Positions 46,186-58,560 of a stretch of DNA of 64,000 bases are shown one piece after another (the stretch's first letter is position 1; every line of letters starts with the position of its first letter). The DNA lies in NCBI GenBank assembly GCA_032718475.1, contig JAUCBJ010001077.1, forward strand, positions 56,117-120,116, in the 5' to 3' direction. This DNA is from Nemertoderma westbladi. Its lineage: Eukaryota; Animalia; Xenacoelomorpha. Under the pieces are notes generated by a model. That model ran no database searches, had not been told where the DNA came from, and saw only the letters and a program-made list of their open reading frames with translations. The translations under genes were made by a program, and so were the position numbers.

Positions 46186-48640
46186 TAACCGACAGTAAAT
46201 AGCAGTAAAATAATGCGGTGAAAGATTGAGTTGATTTGCTATGAGTCTGCTTTGTGGTTTGTGCGATAACAGTTATACGTTTCTATGATCAAAGCCGTTC
46301 TAATGTTTTGCTAAAGTCTGAAACACAGAATAATTCCACAGCCGATGTTCTAGGCTTAGGAAAAAAGGTAAACATAAACCATAATGCATTGCGCGATTTC
46401 CCGGAGGTTTCTGTACAAATAAAATGAAAATCGCTCTGATTGGTCGACCGAACAAAGAACAAAGAAAAAGTTACACGTGTACATATCAGCTGATAGATGT
46501 CGTCATCTGAACTGCACTGTATCAAGAGTATTTTGGCGTATTGCGACATAAAATCGCTAGTTATGTCCGCTAAAGTACACATACAGAAGAAATGGCTTTT
46601 TATGTCCACTAAAACACCTGTACAGTAAGGAAACGGCTTTTTATGTCCGCTAAAACACCTACAGAGGACTTTGCGGGGAAAATAACTAGCTAGATCCGCA
46701 AAAGCTTTTACAGGCAGCCATGGTCCATATATTACTGATCCTGGGGGTAGTGGCAGCCCTGGGCCACGAGGGGGTATTTTATTTTTTTTTACTATTAGTT
46801 TTTTTAATGGCAGCCATGGTCCAATACTATTACTGATTCTGGGGGCAGTGGCAGCCCTGGGCCACGAGGGGGGTATTATATTTTTTTTACTATTAGTTTT
46901 TTTTAATGGCAGCCATGGTCCAATACTATTACTGCAGTACTGATTCTGGGGGCAGTGGCAGCCCAGGGCCACGAGGGGTATTTTATTTTTTTTACGATTA
47001 GTTTTTTTTAATGGCAGCCATGGTCCAATACTATTACTGCAGTACTGATTCTGGGGGCAGTGGCAGCCCCGGGCCACGTGGGGGTATTTTATTTTTTTTA
47101 TTATTTTTTTTTACTATTTTTTTTAATGGCAGCCATGGGCCAACTGTTATCTGATTATGGGGTGATGACAGCCCTGGGCCACGTGGGGTATTTTTTTTCT
47201 TTTAGCAGTATTTATATTTTATGGAAATTTTTTCGTGAGTATTTTTTTACCTTTTTTTTCAAGATATTTTCTACTGAGATTTTTTTAAAGATATTTTATT
47301 TTACTTATTTTTTTTCAAGATTTTTTTTTACTTATTTTTTTTTCAAGATACTTTTTCCACTTATTTATTTTTTAAATATTTTATCAAGAGTTTTATAGTG
47401 GCAGCCATGGGCCACCATAGTCCTGTCAGCCTGTACAGCGCTGTAGACAGTACTGAAGGCTAGCCTACATACTGACATAGACTGATAGAACTGTAGAATA
47501 CAACGGTCCTACTAATTACCCCAACCTACCCCAACCTACCACAAACTACCACAATCTACCCCAACAATTCGATTCAGGCATCTAATTACCACAATTTTAT
47601 TTTACAATGGCATCTAATTACCACAATATACAGAACTCAAGTGTCTATTTACCACAAGACTAACTGCGCATCTAATTACCACAATATACAGAACGCAAGT
47701 GTCTAATTACCACAACACTATACTGCGTCTAATTACCACAATCTATTTACGAACAAGACTACACTGCACACTGCATCTAATTACCACAATATTATTTTAC
47801 AATGGCATCTAATTACCACAATATACAGAATGCAAGTGTCTAATTACCACAAGACTATACTGCGTCTAATTACCACAATCTATTTACGAACAAGACTACA
47901 CTGCACAGCACACTGCATCTAATTACCACAATATTATTTTACAATGGCATCTAATTACCACAATATACAGAACGCAAGTGTCTAATTACCACAAGACTAT
48001 ACTGCGTCTAATTACCACAATCTATTTACGAACAAGACTACACTGCACACTGCATCTAATTACCACAATATTATTTTACAATGGCATCTAATTACCACAA
48101 TATACGGAACGCAAGTGTCTAATTACCGCAAGACTATTCTAGTTACCACAATCTATTTACGAACAAGACTACACTGCACACTGCATCTAATTACCACAAT
48201 ATTATTTTACAATGGCATCTAATTACCACAATATACGGAACGCAAGTGTCTAATTACCGCAAGACTATTCTAGTTACCACAATCTATTTACGAACAAGAC
48301 TACACTGCACACTGCATCTAATTACCACAATATTATTTTACAATGGCATCTAATTACCACAATATACGGAACGCAAGTGTCTAATTACCGCAAGACTATT
48401 CTAGTTACCACAATCTATTTAAGAACAAGACTACACTGCATCTAATTACCACAATATTATTTTACAATGGCATCTAATTACCACAATATACAGAACGCAA
48501 GTGTCTAATTACCACAAGACTATACTGCGTCTAATTACACAATCGATTTATGAACAAGACTACACTGCACACTGCATCTAATTACCACAATATTATTTTA
48601 CAATGGCATCTAATTACCACAATATACAGAACGCAAGTGT

Positions 48641-50465
48641 ATATTATTATTATTATTGTTATTATCGTACAGTGAATAAGAAATAATTATGCACGTACAG
48701 TTAGACAGACATAAATAGCACAATAATATAATGTAAGATTTTATATAGTTATTATGTAATAAATAAGTAAATGTATATCTATTTTGGACCAAAAATAAAC
48801 GACAATAATGATTTATATTACCTGCAATCAATCACAGCACAATTTAAATTAAAGAAAAAGAGGAAAAATCACAAAAGTAATCAGATTTACGAACCAAAAT
48901 TTACAAATTCTAAAACAGCACTATAAAGTATAAATCACATTAAATTTTATGTTTAACATTAAACATATTAAATACATTTTTACATATCAAATTGAATTAT
49001 TCGTTAAACAAAAAGTTTAATATCTGCTCAATTTCCTGTCGACTGAACCCAAAAATTCAATTTCATTTCTGCACAAGTCAATTAACTAGAGTACAGCAAG
49101 CACAAATATACTGAATATATAATATAATATATAATATAAATATAAATATAGACTATGGTAACTAAGTAGAAATGATCAGCTTGTACACATATACGATAAC
49201 ATATAATCTAATTCTTCTGCAGAAAACCCCGGCACTTCTAAAGTGCTCAGCCGGCAATCCAAAAGTTCCCTACAAATGCGCACTTTATAATTGTTAGCAC
49301 CGTCACTGCATGGTACATACTTCAATATCTTAACTTGATTATGTTTTAATAATCTTAAATTGTGTTCATTACATAAATTGCCAATTTTCCTAAAATTACA
49401 CCCGCCACGAGATCTACAATCAAATAAAAATAATTCTGCCAAGAAACGAATAGATGGTTTTAAAGAGGTCAATAAACTTTGAGCAAACGAAACAAACCTA
49501 GATTGAATCATTATACATGGGTGATTGAACTGCACAATATTTTCTACGATATATCTATGTGTTGTACGGGGTAAGCCAAAAATAATCCTAACATTGATAT
49601 TCCAAGCACTATAAATACGTGTACATTGTGGAGAAAAAAGGTCCCAAAGACTACTACCATAAAAACATGTGGCATAAATTCGTTGTATGTTACACAATTG
49701 ATACGGATCCGCGAAATAAAATTCTTGTCGTAATGCATTTATCTTTCCTATGAATTGACCGCGTTTACGTAAAGTATCGGGTTCCATTGAATTCTTATAA
49801 TCCATTACATTCCCAAGATGCAGCGCCTGCTTCACCCACGGAAGATTAACCCCATTTAAACCGATGTGAATATGAGGCTCAGACCATATGGAGTCGAAAC
49901 GTATACATTTAGATTTCGATTTATCAGGATCGGCGTTCGTGCTAAATACGAGGTTGTGTTCCTTTGCAAAATCTTCACAAAGAGATACCATGTATTGAAG
50001 ACCAAGTATGGAGGGGCAGAGCAGAAGAATGTCATCGGCGTAAGCTAAGATCCCTAAGTAAACCTTTCCTATATGGCACCCTACTTTCGAAGATCGTAAC
50101 TTTTTTATCAACTTGTCTAGTAGTACACAGAACAAAATTGGGCTGGCCACGGAACCTTGTCTAACCCCGTTTGATAGAGTGAACGAGTCAGAATGCGAAT
50201 TATTCCACCGCACACAACAGGATTGGTTACTGTAAATCCATAATAAAACACGAAGAAATAAAGCCGAGAAACCTTTCTTAATTAGTTCTAGGAATAATTT
50301 GCCCCATTCAACCATGTCGAACGCCTTTGACAAATCTAGTAGACAACCATAGACCGGAGTAGAATGCCGGGAGTAATATCCAACGACCTCAGAGGCCGCC
50401 CAAGTACATTGGGTAGTACTGGAGCCAGACTGGAACCCAAACTGCAATTCGTCCAATAATATATA
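48641..50465 (-). mobile_element. 5'-truncated non-LTR retrotransposon (CR1/L2-group-like) inserted in the satellite arm
   Basis: RT ORF, ~500-bp 3' UTR and (AAT)n tail at 48641-48665; the satellite unit resumes in register on both sides. Confidence 0.9.
49176..50456 (-). CDS. LINE reverse transcriptase domain and C-terminus (5'-truncated ORF2)
   Basis: LQFGF, LDLSKAFD, GVRQGSVASPILF, YADD, HLG motifs, uninterrupted for 426 codons. Confidence 0.93.
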   Translation of the reverse strand: MDELQFGFQSGSSTTQCTWAASEVVGYYSRHSTPVYGCLLDLSKAFDMVEWGKLFLELIKKGFSALFLRVLLWIYSNQSCCVRWNNSHSDSFTLSNGVRQGSVASPILFCVLLDKLIKKLRSSKVGCHIGKVYLGILAYADDILLLCPSILGLQYMVSLCEDFAKEHNLVFSTNADPDKSKSKCIRFDSIWSEPHIHIGLNGVNLPWVKQALHLGNVMDYKNSMEPDTLRKRGQFIGKINALRQEFYFADPYQLCNIQRIYATCFYGSSLWDLFSPQCTRIYSAWNINVRIIFGLPRTTHRYIVENIVQFNHPCIMIQSRFVSFAQSLLTSLKPSIRFLAELFLFDCRSRGGCNFRKIGNLCNEHNLRLLKHNQVKILKYVPCSDGANNYKVRICRELLDCRLSTLEVPGFSAEELDYMLSYMCTS

Positions 50466-51235
50466 TAATTACCACAAGACTATACTGCGTCTAATTACCA
50501 CAATCTATTTACGAACAAGACTACACTGCACACTGCATGTAATTACCACAATATTATTTTACAATGGCATCTAATTACCACAATATACAGAACGCAAGTC
50601 TCTATAATTACCACAACACTATACTGCATCTAATTACCACAATATACAGAACGCAGTGTCTATTTACCACAAGATCACACTGCATCTAATTACCACAATA
50701 TACAGAATGCAAGAGTGTCTAATTACCACAATATACAGTACGGTAGTTGTTAATATTCAGTGTCTAATTACCGCAAAACTTCACTAACGTCTAATTACCA
50801 CAATATACAGAACTCAAGTGTCTAATCACGGGTAGGACTAAAAACCCAAACGGTACCCAAACGAACCCAAACGGTGGAATACGGAGTTATATCAACAGAT
50901 GTTATAGTTGCCACAACGGGGAAACAATACGATTATACGAAAAATAATTACAGTAATGCAGCTTTTTGTGTTTTACATTCATGAAGAACACAAAAAACAG
51001 TGCCAAGCCCGTATAAATGCAGAGGCTCATCTATCAAACACGCTATTTTACACGTATATGATATACAAATGGACATCATATGTCCATTTGTGGTACATTG
51101 TTAAGGTATTAGTTTTGGAAGTAATCAGTTGTTATTTCTGTAAATATCGTTTGTATCGAAAGACCCCCCTATTTAAAGTACTGTATACTTAGTTATTGAA
51201 ATAAAAAGTATTTATTGTTGGGTGTTGTAGTTAAA

Positions 51236-51512
51236 GTTGCCGCCCTCTGGAAACAATCGCCACAACAGATGTTATAGTTGCCCCAACGGAAGAAACAATC
51301 GCCACTACGGAGGTTATAGTTGCCACAACGGAGGAAACAATCGCCACAACGGGGGACACAATCGCCACAACAGATGTTATAGTTGCCCCAACGGAAGAAA
51401 CAATCGCCACTACGGAGGTTATAGTTGCCACAACGGAGGAAACAATCGCCACAACGGGGGACACAATCGCCACAACAGATGTTATAATGTATTTGCTACA
51501 ACGGGGAAACAA
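51236..51512. repeat. Hierarchical tandem repeat, ~123-bp period from ~20-21-bp subunits
   Basis: GAAACAATCGCCACAAC and GTTATAGTTGCC(A/C)CAACGG subunits; 50893-51000 duplicates 51475-51587. Confidence 0.85.
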
Positions 51513-52203
51513 TTATACGATTATATGAAATGATAATTACAGTAATGCAGCTTTTTGTGTTTTACATTCATGAAGAACACAAAAAACGGAAGCAATTGGA
51601 GAATTGATATCTCGTTTCAACTTTATAATAGATGAAAATTAATTACACACAAACATTAATAAATCAAATAAAATACGTCTATAGGATTTACAGTCGACGA
51701 GGGAATTGTTGGCAAAAGCTAAAATTATAATAAAAAAAAATAAAATAAAGTACAGTGTATTTTCTGAACGGGCATTTATCAGGGCAGGGCATTTGTAAAT
51801 AAATTCCAAGGGAAAGGGTTCTGTTGTGCTCTGGGATATGTGGGCACAATTTACTGTAGACACACAGTTATCACAATTGGTGGTGGAGAATGATATTTAT
51901 AACATAAGCGACATTTACAGTAGCAAATATGTGGAAGAATTATGTATTTCAATCCATCGTTATTATTCGTGGAAGAGTTTCAGCAAGAAGAGTCAAAATT
52001 ATGTCAACCTCGTACAGTACAAATTTCAACAGAATGGACGTGATTAATTACTCTGCAAAATTTTACTCTTAATCATAAAATCGGCCCACCCATCTATGAA
52101 ATACTGTAAAACGGTGAAGGAAGAATTACGGATACCAGACACGGACGTGATACAGGAAATACATAATTTGTAAGTTTAAATACTTTATCGCAAGTTATAA
52201 AAT

Positions 52204-52444
52204 CAGTCTGTATGTCAGTCTGTTGGTCAGTCTGTTGGTCGGTCGGTCAGTTGATGGATCGGTACGTCAGTTGGTTAGTCTGTCAGTCGGTCGGTTGGCT
52301 GGTCAGTCTGTCGGTCAGTCTCTCGGGCGGTTGGTCAGTATTTCGGTCGGTCGGTTGGTCAGTCAGTCGCTCAGTCTGTCGGTCGATTGGTCAGTCAGTC
52401 TGTTGGTCGGTCGGTTGGTCAGACTGTCGGTGGGTCTGTCAGTG
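52204..52444. repeat. Degenerate tetranucleotide microsatellite (GTCA/GTCG/GTTG/GTCT)
   Basis: GTnn periodicity throughout. Confidence 0.9.
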
Positions 52445-53563
52445 TGTACCAAAAAAAAATTGTAAAAAAGAGGTTAATTAAGCAATATTATATTATACAG
52501 TAATTAACCACAGTAACTTTTAGAGGCTGAAATGAAGGAAGTGAGAGATGATAACAAAAGATTTCAATCCCGGTCCCTATTGGCTACCAATGTGAATTAT
52601 CTACACGGCTATTGGTAGATGGAAGGAACCCTTGCAGTACAAATAGTAATGGCACTACATGCATTAAGTCAATACATGCTTACTCTCTTCAGCTGATTTT
52701 GTTTTTTATCCAATCATTGTGTGTGTGGCAAGGTAGCTTACAGAATCTTTGCTATTTTGCTAATTCTTTAAATTAAACTGCACAATAATAGCTTCACCCA
52801 CGCATATCCCACAACTTATTTTTGTATATTCACATTTATAAGTGCCAACATCGCATCCATGTGATGGATGCGATCTGCCATCCTTGATTAGACACTTGAG
52901 TTCTGTATATTGTGGTAATTAGACGTTAGTGAAGTCTTGCGGTAATTAGACACTGAATATTAATAACTACCGTACTTTATATTGTGGTAATTAGACACTC
53001 TTGCATTCTGTATATTGTGGTAATTAGATGCCATTGTAAAATAATATTGTGGTAATTAGATGCAGTTTAGTCTTGTGGTAAATAGATTGTGGTAATTAGA
53101 CGCAGTATTGTGTTGTGGTAATTAGACGCAGTATAGTGTTGTGGTAATTAGACGCAGTATAGTCTTGTGGTAAGTAGACACTTGCGTTCTGTATATTGTG
53201 GTAATTAGATGCCATTGTAAAATAATATTGTGGTAATTAGATGCAGTGTGCAGTGTAGTCTTGTTCGTAAATAGATTGTGGTAATTAGACGCAGTATAGT
53301 GTTGTGGTAATTAGACACTTGCATTCTGTATATTGTGGTAATTAGATGCCATTGTAAAATAATATTGTGGTAATTCAGTAATTAGATGCCTGTATCGAAT
53401 TATTGGGGTAGATTGTGGTAGTTTGTGGTAGGTTGGGGTAATTAGTAGGACTCTAATACAATCATACCAACTGTACAGTTAATTCTGTAATTCAGTAATT
53501 GACGCATCACTTTACAGCTGTACTGTAAGCCAGTGATACATAGGCGGGTTACTAAGATGCAGC

Positions 53564-54835
53564 ATGATAGACATGGAAGGCGCAATTCGGATAGAACCGT
53601 TCCCCCATCAAGTAGGAGGATCCTCTGGAGTCATGCAACTCAACAAGGACTCAATTTGCAAACCAACCTCGGAAAGCGAGAAACTATTCTATGAACGCCT
53701 CCCCGAGGCACTGAGGGGGTTCACGCCGGAATACCGGGGCACTGTGGAGGTCAAAGTGGAGGAAGATGCGCGTACCGGAGTGAGAACCCTGATGGCTCAA
53801 CGGGTCGCCTCCCGAAACAAGCAAGGGAAGAGCGACGAGGAAGGGTTCGTTAACAACCAATCCTATTCCTCGAACCCGTGGAGTTTAAAGATTCATCAAC
53901 GGCAGATGAATAAGTTCGTAGCCGGAGAGAAGCACCATTACATCGTCTTGGAGAATGTTACTCGCAAGTTCGTGTGTCCGTGCATAGTGGATCTAAAGAT
54001 GGGTACACGACAGCACGGGGACGCCGCATCGCCTTGTAAAGCGGCTGTGAGGATGGAGCGTTGCGCGGGTACCACCTCGGGGTTGCTCGGCGCGCGGGTC
54101 TGTGGGATGCAGGTTTACGACGCCCACACGAGGCGCTACGCGCGGCAGGATAAGTACGCGGGCCGGTTGTTGGACAGCGAGGGTTTCGCTCAGACTATAC
54201 GGAAGTTTGTAGGCGACGATAGACGCCGCGACGTGGTGGGCCCGTTGGTGGCGAAAGTAAATGCGTTGAGCGCCACGGTTTCCCGGTTGCACCGGTACCG
54301 ATTCTACGGGAGTTCTTTGCTTATTATGTATGAAGGGAATGTCCCAGAGGATAGAGGCACTTCGGGGGGTTGTGTGGCGGAAATGGATGCGTCCGCGATG
54401 GGACAGGGTGGGACAAATACCAGCGGTTCTTTAACAGACGTTTGTGACGATTCGACTGTTAAGAAAACGTTAGGGAATTGCGAAGGGACAATGGGACCTT
54501 GCGAAGGGACAATGAGACCTTGCGAAGGGACAATGGGACCTTGCGAAGGGACAATGGGGCCTTGTCTCGCCTCATCGATACATGATGGGGACGGTAAGGA
54601 GTCTGATGTGTCCCAACTGAACGGGCTTTCTCGAGAAATGTCCCCCGGTATGGAGTTATTGGGAGAAAGTCCCGGCTCACAGTCTCTCGTTGATGTGCGA
54701 ATGATCGATTTCGAGAATTCTAAATGTCCCGACTCGGTAGGTAACACGAGCACCGGTCCCGACACCGGGTACCTTCTGGGACTACAATCAATACTCAATG
54801 TGCTCAATAATATTATTAATTCCAACTCGAATTAA
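53564..54835 (+). CDS. IP6K: Inositol hexakisphosphate kinase (IPK family), single coding exon, 423 aa
   Basis: EPFPHQVGG, ICKP..E..FYE, NPWSLK, LENV..F..PCIVDLKMGTRQHGD (PxxxDxKxG), RVCGMQVY, RFYGSSLLIMYEG, VRMIDF, GPDTGYLLGL. Confidence 0.96.
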   Translation: MIDMEGAIRIEPFPHQVGGSSGVMQLNKDSICKPTSESEKLFYERLPEALRGFTPEYRGTVEVKVEEDARTGVRTLMAQRVASRNKQGKSDEEGFVNNQSYSSNPWSLKIHQRQMNKFVAGEKHHYIVLENVTRKFVCPCIVDLKMGTRQHGDAASPCKAAVRMERCAGTTSGLLGARVCGMQVYDAHTRRYARQDKYAGRLLDSEGFAQTIRKFVGDDRRRDVVGPLVAKVNALSATVSRLHRYRFYGSSLLIMYEGNVPEDRGTSGGCVAEMDASAMGQGGTNTSGSLTDVCDDSTVKKTLGNCEGTMGPCEGTMRPCEGTMGPCEGTMGPCLASSIHDGDGKESDVSQLNGLSREMSPGMELLGESPGSQSLVDVRMIDFENSKCPDSVGNTSTGPDTGYLLGLQSILNVLNNIINSNSN

Positions 54836-57800
54836 TGACGTTGCCACACAGTAACGCACATAACCTCAGGTTCTTTTTCTTATGACGTAACAATGAGGAG
54901 GTACTATTTATTTCTTATTTAAAATAGTTTGTTTTATTTCCAATGAATTACATTAGGTTACCGTCTGTTAATTAATTGATGTCGCTTCCATCTGGTGGAT
55001 CTGCTGGGTAATATTGTTATCATCAATAAGCCGACTGAATGATGCCCAACTGGCATCATTATGATATGAAATATTAAAGTGTTCGAATTCTTCGCGCACC
55101 TGCCCCTGCACTTCATTCAAAACCAATAATGATTTAGATTCATTCCGAGTGTGAATTAAATTTCATGTAAATTTTAATAATTAACTCAACCAATAGCATC
55201 GATATCAACATCCAATAAATTCCTGGTGATTTTATTTTTAATGTAAGTAAAAAACCGCCCCACAAATTGACGGATCCGGATATTATCTGCGTTAAACTTC
55301 CAGACAAATACTTCAATAACTACATTTTACATAATTATCACAAAAATGCTGCTTAATATACCCATTATGCTGCATTTTTCTGATAATTTTCACATTCAAT
55401 ATCGCATTATAAATTAACTACAATGAAATTAAGATCAATTAAAATCAAGTAAAATCAATTTTTAGCATTCAATCTGTATTGGGAGACAATCTGATGGACT
55501 GACTCAACCATTTATCGTAAAATACTTAATGATGGCAACTGGACTGGACATCTTTCGGTTTACTGATGAAAATCATTATCCCCCTACTAGAATCGCACAA
55601 AACATTTTCTCCCATTTTTAGTTTTAATTTTTCAAGCCTCTTTTTTTTTACTCCAGTGATGTTATTTAAACATATATATATTTTGAGAAAGTAAATAACT
55701 GGAAAACGTCCCCCCCCCCCCCCCATATACAATGGGATGGATGGCGATACAATTAATATTTTTTATAATAAATGAGTTTGTGCAATGCCGCAATAATGTG
55801 TGCATGAATGTTCTGCTAATTGTAAAAATATTAATCGCATTTCCAATTCTTTGTGGTGGGAATTTAATGTATAAAAGATTAAATATCTAAGAAATAAATA
55901 CTTTATAAAGAAGCCGTAATCAACCTATTCTAGGTATAGAATTCTGTTTTAATCTCTTTTTTACATTTCACCCCACCACCCTACTGCCAGACTGCCACGG
56001 TCGGTATTAAATAAAAACGTCTTTAATCTTCCCGAACATTCCATTATTGAACGCCGTTGCGCTAAAGATTTTAATTAAATTAATAATTGTATAATAATTA
56101 TAATTGGAGTGATCGAATTTGCACACATCCCTGCAGTACCGCATATTGCTGGCTCAGCCCTCCGCAACTTTTTGTACAACTAAACCTGGCTGATTCTTTT
56201 TATAAATGTTGTAAACTTGAACAGTGGAAAACTGTTGTTCACCCAGCCTTGGAGTGGCTGAGTGAACAACCTATAAGCATTACAGTATTCCAAGCCCTAT
56301 TTCCCCATTCCAACTGTACTCATTGGAGCTTACAATAAATAGTACTTACAAACCATGTTATAATATTATTTTAAATAATATTATTATCATACATTATAAT
56401 TGTTAATTTTAAGCATGTCTCCATCTGCATTATATCTACTTATCGTATCAGTTTCTCGGGAGTTTTACACTGCCACCTAAACTATACTCGCCCTTTTATA
56501 TACTATACTTGTTAAGCTTCGACGTTTATTTATTATTGAAATATTATTAATCAACTTTTTCAATATTGTTCTTATCGTCGTCGTTGTTCTTCCTCTTCCA
56601 CTTATTAGACTCCACCAAGAAACATAAACTTACACTCTATATATAATAAATATAAGTAGGCCTACCGGTATTAATGAATATTCAGTTAAAATAAAGTGCG
56701 AGATTATTTTCTATGAAGTAATATTTAGAATTTGTAATAATAATTTGTTAATAAGGTAGTTAATGTTTAGTAACTTTAGATTCAGTTGTAGGAAATTACA
56801 GTAAATATTATATAATATAATTAATTTTTTACGTGGTGCTGAAAGTTTTTATAATTTAAAAACATAATATATTAAATGGAGAAATAATAAACCCGGAACA
56901 TCACTCATAAACCCTGGCGCCTTTTTTCGTATATTAATTGTCTTGAAACAGTCGCTGTCGAGGGGTAACAACGACTTAACTCGATTATAGACATAGCACA
57001 ATGATCGTCTGAGTTAGAATTTAACAAATTGTCGCTGTGCATTTTAAACAATAGTTGTTCCAAAAGACCTAGAATCACGATGCTTGTTCATAGTGTCATT
57101 AATTCACGCTATTTTTTCCTCTAATAGACGGCCGTTACAGTAAATTTATTGTTTGTGTCCGGAAATATCGCCCCTTAACTTATTGGAATTATCCGATTCT
57201 TAAAACGTATTAGACTTTTCAAATCTCACGTACAGATTTGATCTATAAATTTTAGCTCTAAAGAAGATGATACGTTGCCAACCAAATGTCAATCCAGGTA
57301 GACCAATCTAGGTGGTGGCAGCAAAGCGCCCATGTGAAGAATACCAGGTTTTCACTTTTCTGTCTAAATTTTATATCAAGTCAATATCTAAGTATTTTTG
57401 TGCGGTACGTTCCTTACAAATAATGGTGGATTCAACATTTCAAAACGCTTTAGCCTAACGAATGAAAAGCTAAAATAAAGATTCTGATCCACCTACTAAA
57501 GAAGTATCAAGGTCAAACTTGTAATCTCATTAGGTAAAGATGCAATGTTATAACTAAATACATACCGTCGGTACTTGCCTTTAACCTTCTATCTCAATTG
57601 GGAGCATTTTTTTAAATTCAACTGGAGGAAATTTAATATAGGCTTATATTACTTTTTTTTATGTTAATATGTTGTTTAGGAAGAGTGGAAAATTGTTTTT
57701 GAATTCTAAAACACTTTAATATCCAAACATTTTGGAGCTAGTTACATTAAAGTTATATATATATTATATATTTATAAAATACGGTAAAATTAAGTATTAA

Positions 57801-57899
57801 TAATAGTAAAATAATTAGAGCACATGAAGAAAGAGATATTATGATCATAAAATAATTTGTTAGTTAGTGTCATAAAATAATAAATTAATTAATACTATA

Positions 57900-58560
57900 C
57901 TGATGACGGCGCCGAGAGGTCGAGATTCATTAAAAATAGTGCAACGCGTAGTTTGGAATGAAACTGGAATGTAATTGCATTTGTCATAATGGGTGGCTTC
58001 CGTTGCAGGGCAAAAACATAAACGACAGATTCATAATTCTTCTGGGGACCAGCAGTTCTCTGATGCGCACAATTTGTTATGGCAGCCGTTTACGGTGAGC
58101 TGGGATAATGAGCGACGCCTGAAATATTTTGATGATAAATTGATGTCTGAACTGGCTGAATTGTCAATGTATTCTAGAATTGGGGTGGTGTGAGCGTATT
58201 TTGAAATACCGCACCACATTTTCCAGTAAAAAGCGCGCACTTTACGGATGTGTTCTAACGAAGAGATATCTTCATTCCATGTATCGCATCCATAGGTGAT
58301 TGTTGGTAGGACTATGGATTGGAATAATTTCTTGGTGGTTTCCATGGATACAATGGACAGCTGTTAACTTTGGTGGCGATTCGAGCGCAGCAGGCAATAC
58401 CTTTCTTACGTAGGTGTGAATAATGTTTTCCGGCGCCATTCTTGGTAGAGAGTACCACATTCTTGGTAGAGGTATTTGAAGTTGTCGCAAAATTCGATGT
58501 GCTGCCCGTTATAGGTGAGAATATCGGATCTTGCGAGATGACCACCCCTTCGGAACAGCT
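57900..58560 (-). pseudogene. 3' fragment of a non-LTR retrotransposon ORF2
   Basis: KKLFQSIVLPTITYGCDTW is typical of the region after the RT domain; followed by Cys/His-rich remnants; frameshifted. Confidence 0.7.

Larger units (their letters stand above)
40372..46712 (-). repeat. Diverged homologue of the element A LTR, split by the Gypsy insertion (40372-40812 and 46191-46712)
   Basis: Colinear similarity to 7500-8532, e.g. TATTATTCACTTTCGGGAAATATTAACAGTTCCTTTAGGACGTGG, AAAATCGCTCTGATTGG, ATGTCCGCTAAAACAC, AAGCTTTTACA. Confidence 0.85.
37836..47418. mobile_element. Foldback/MULE-like composite element with modular TIRs (~530 and ~700 bp) and 8-9 bp TSD
   Basis: ATGGTGGCCCATGGC...GCCATGGGCCACCAT; AGTCCTGT at 37828-37835 and 47419-47426; TIRs built of an A/T tract plus ~110-120-bp subunits. 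Confidence 0.9.
47504..53453. mobile_element. Foldback-like element with satellite arms of TAATTACCACAA modules
   Basis: Left arm 47504-48640 plus 50466-50830; inverted right arm 52893-53453; ends GTCCTACTAATTACCCCAACCTACC and its inverse; imperfect TSD (G/T)AATACAA. Confidence 0.85.

Noticed and set aside
46620-46629. GTACAGTAAG in the LTR homologue matches the element A junction sequence
   Set aside because: It lies in the predicted U3, is absent from the element A LTR itself and contains the very common TACAGTA motif; likely chance.
46289-47398. 262-aa and 112-aa ORFs
   Set aside because: Read-through of TIR subunits into LTR sequence; no protein motifs.
47515-48640. Repeat-spacer pattern resembling a CRISPR array (TAATTACCACAA with variable spacers)
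   Set aside because: The spacers themselves recur in a higher-order cycle, the repeat is only ~12 bp, there are no cas genes and the context is eukaryotic.
51231-52481. Repetitive ORFs (VAIVSSV, NNRH, SVGW)
   Set aside because: Products of tandem repeats and microsatellite.
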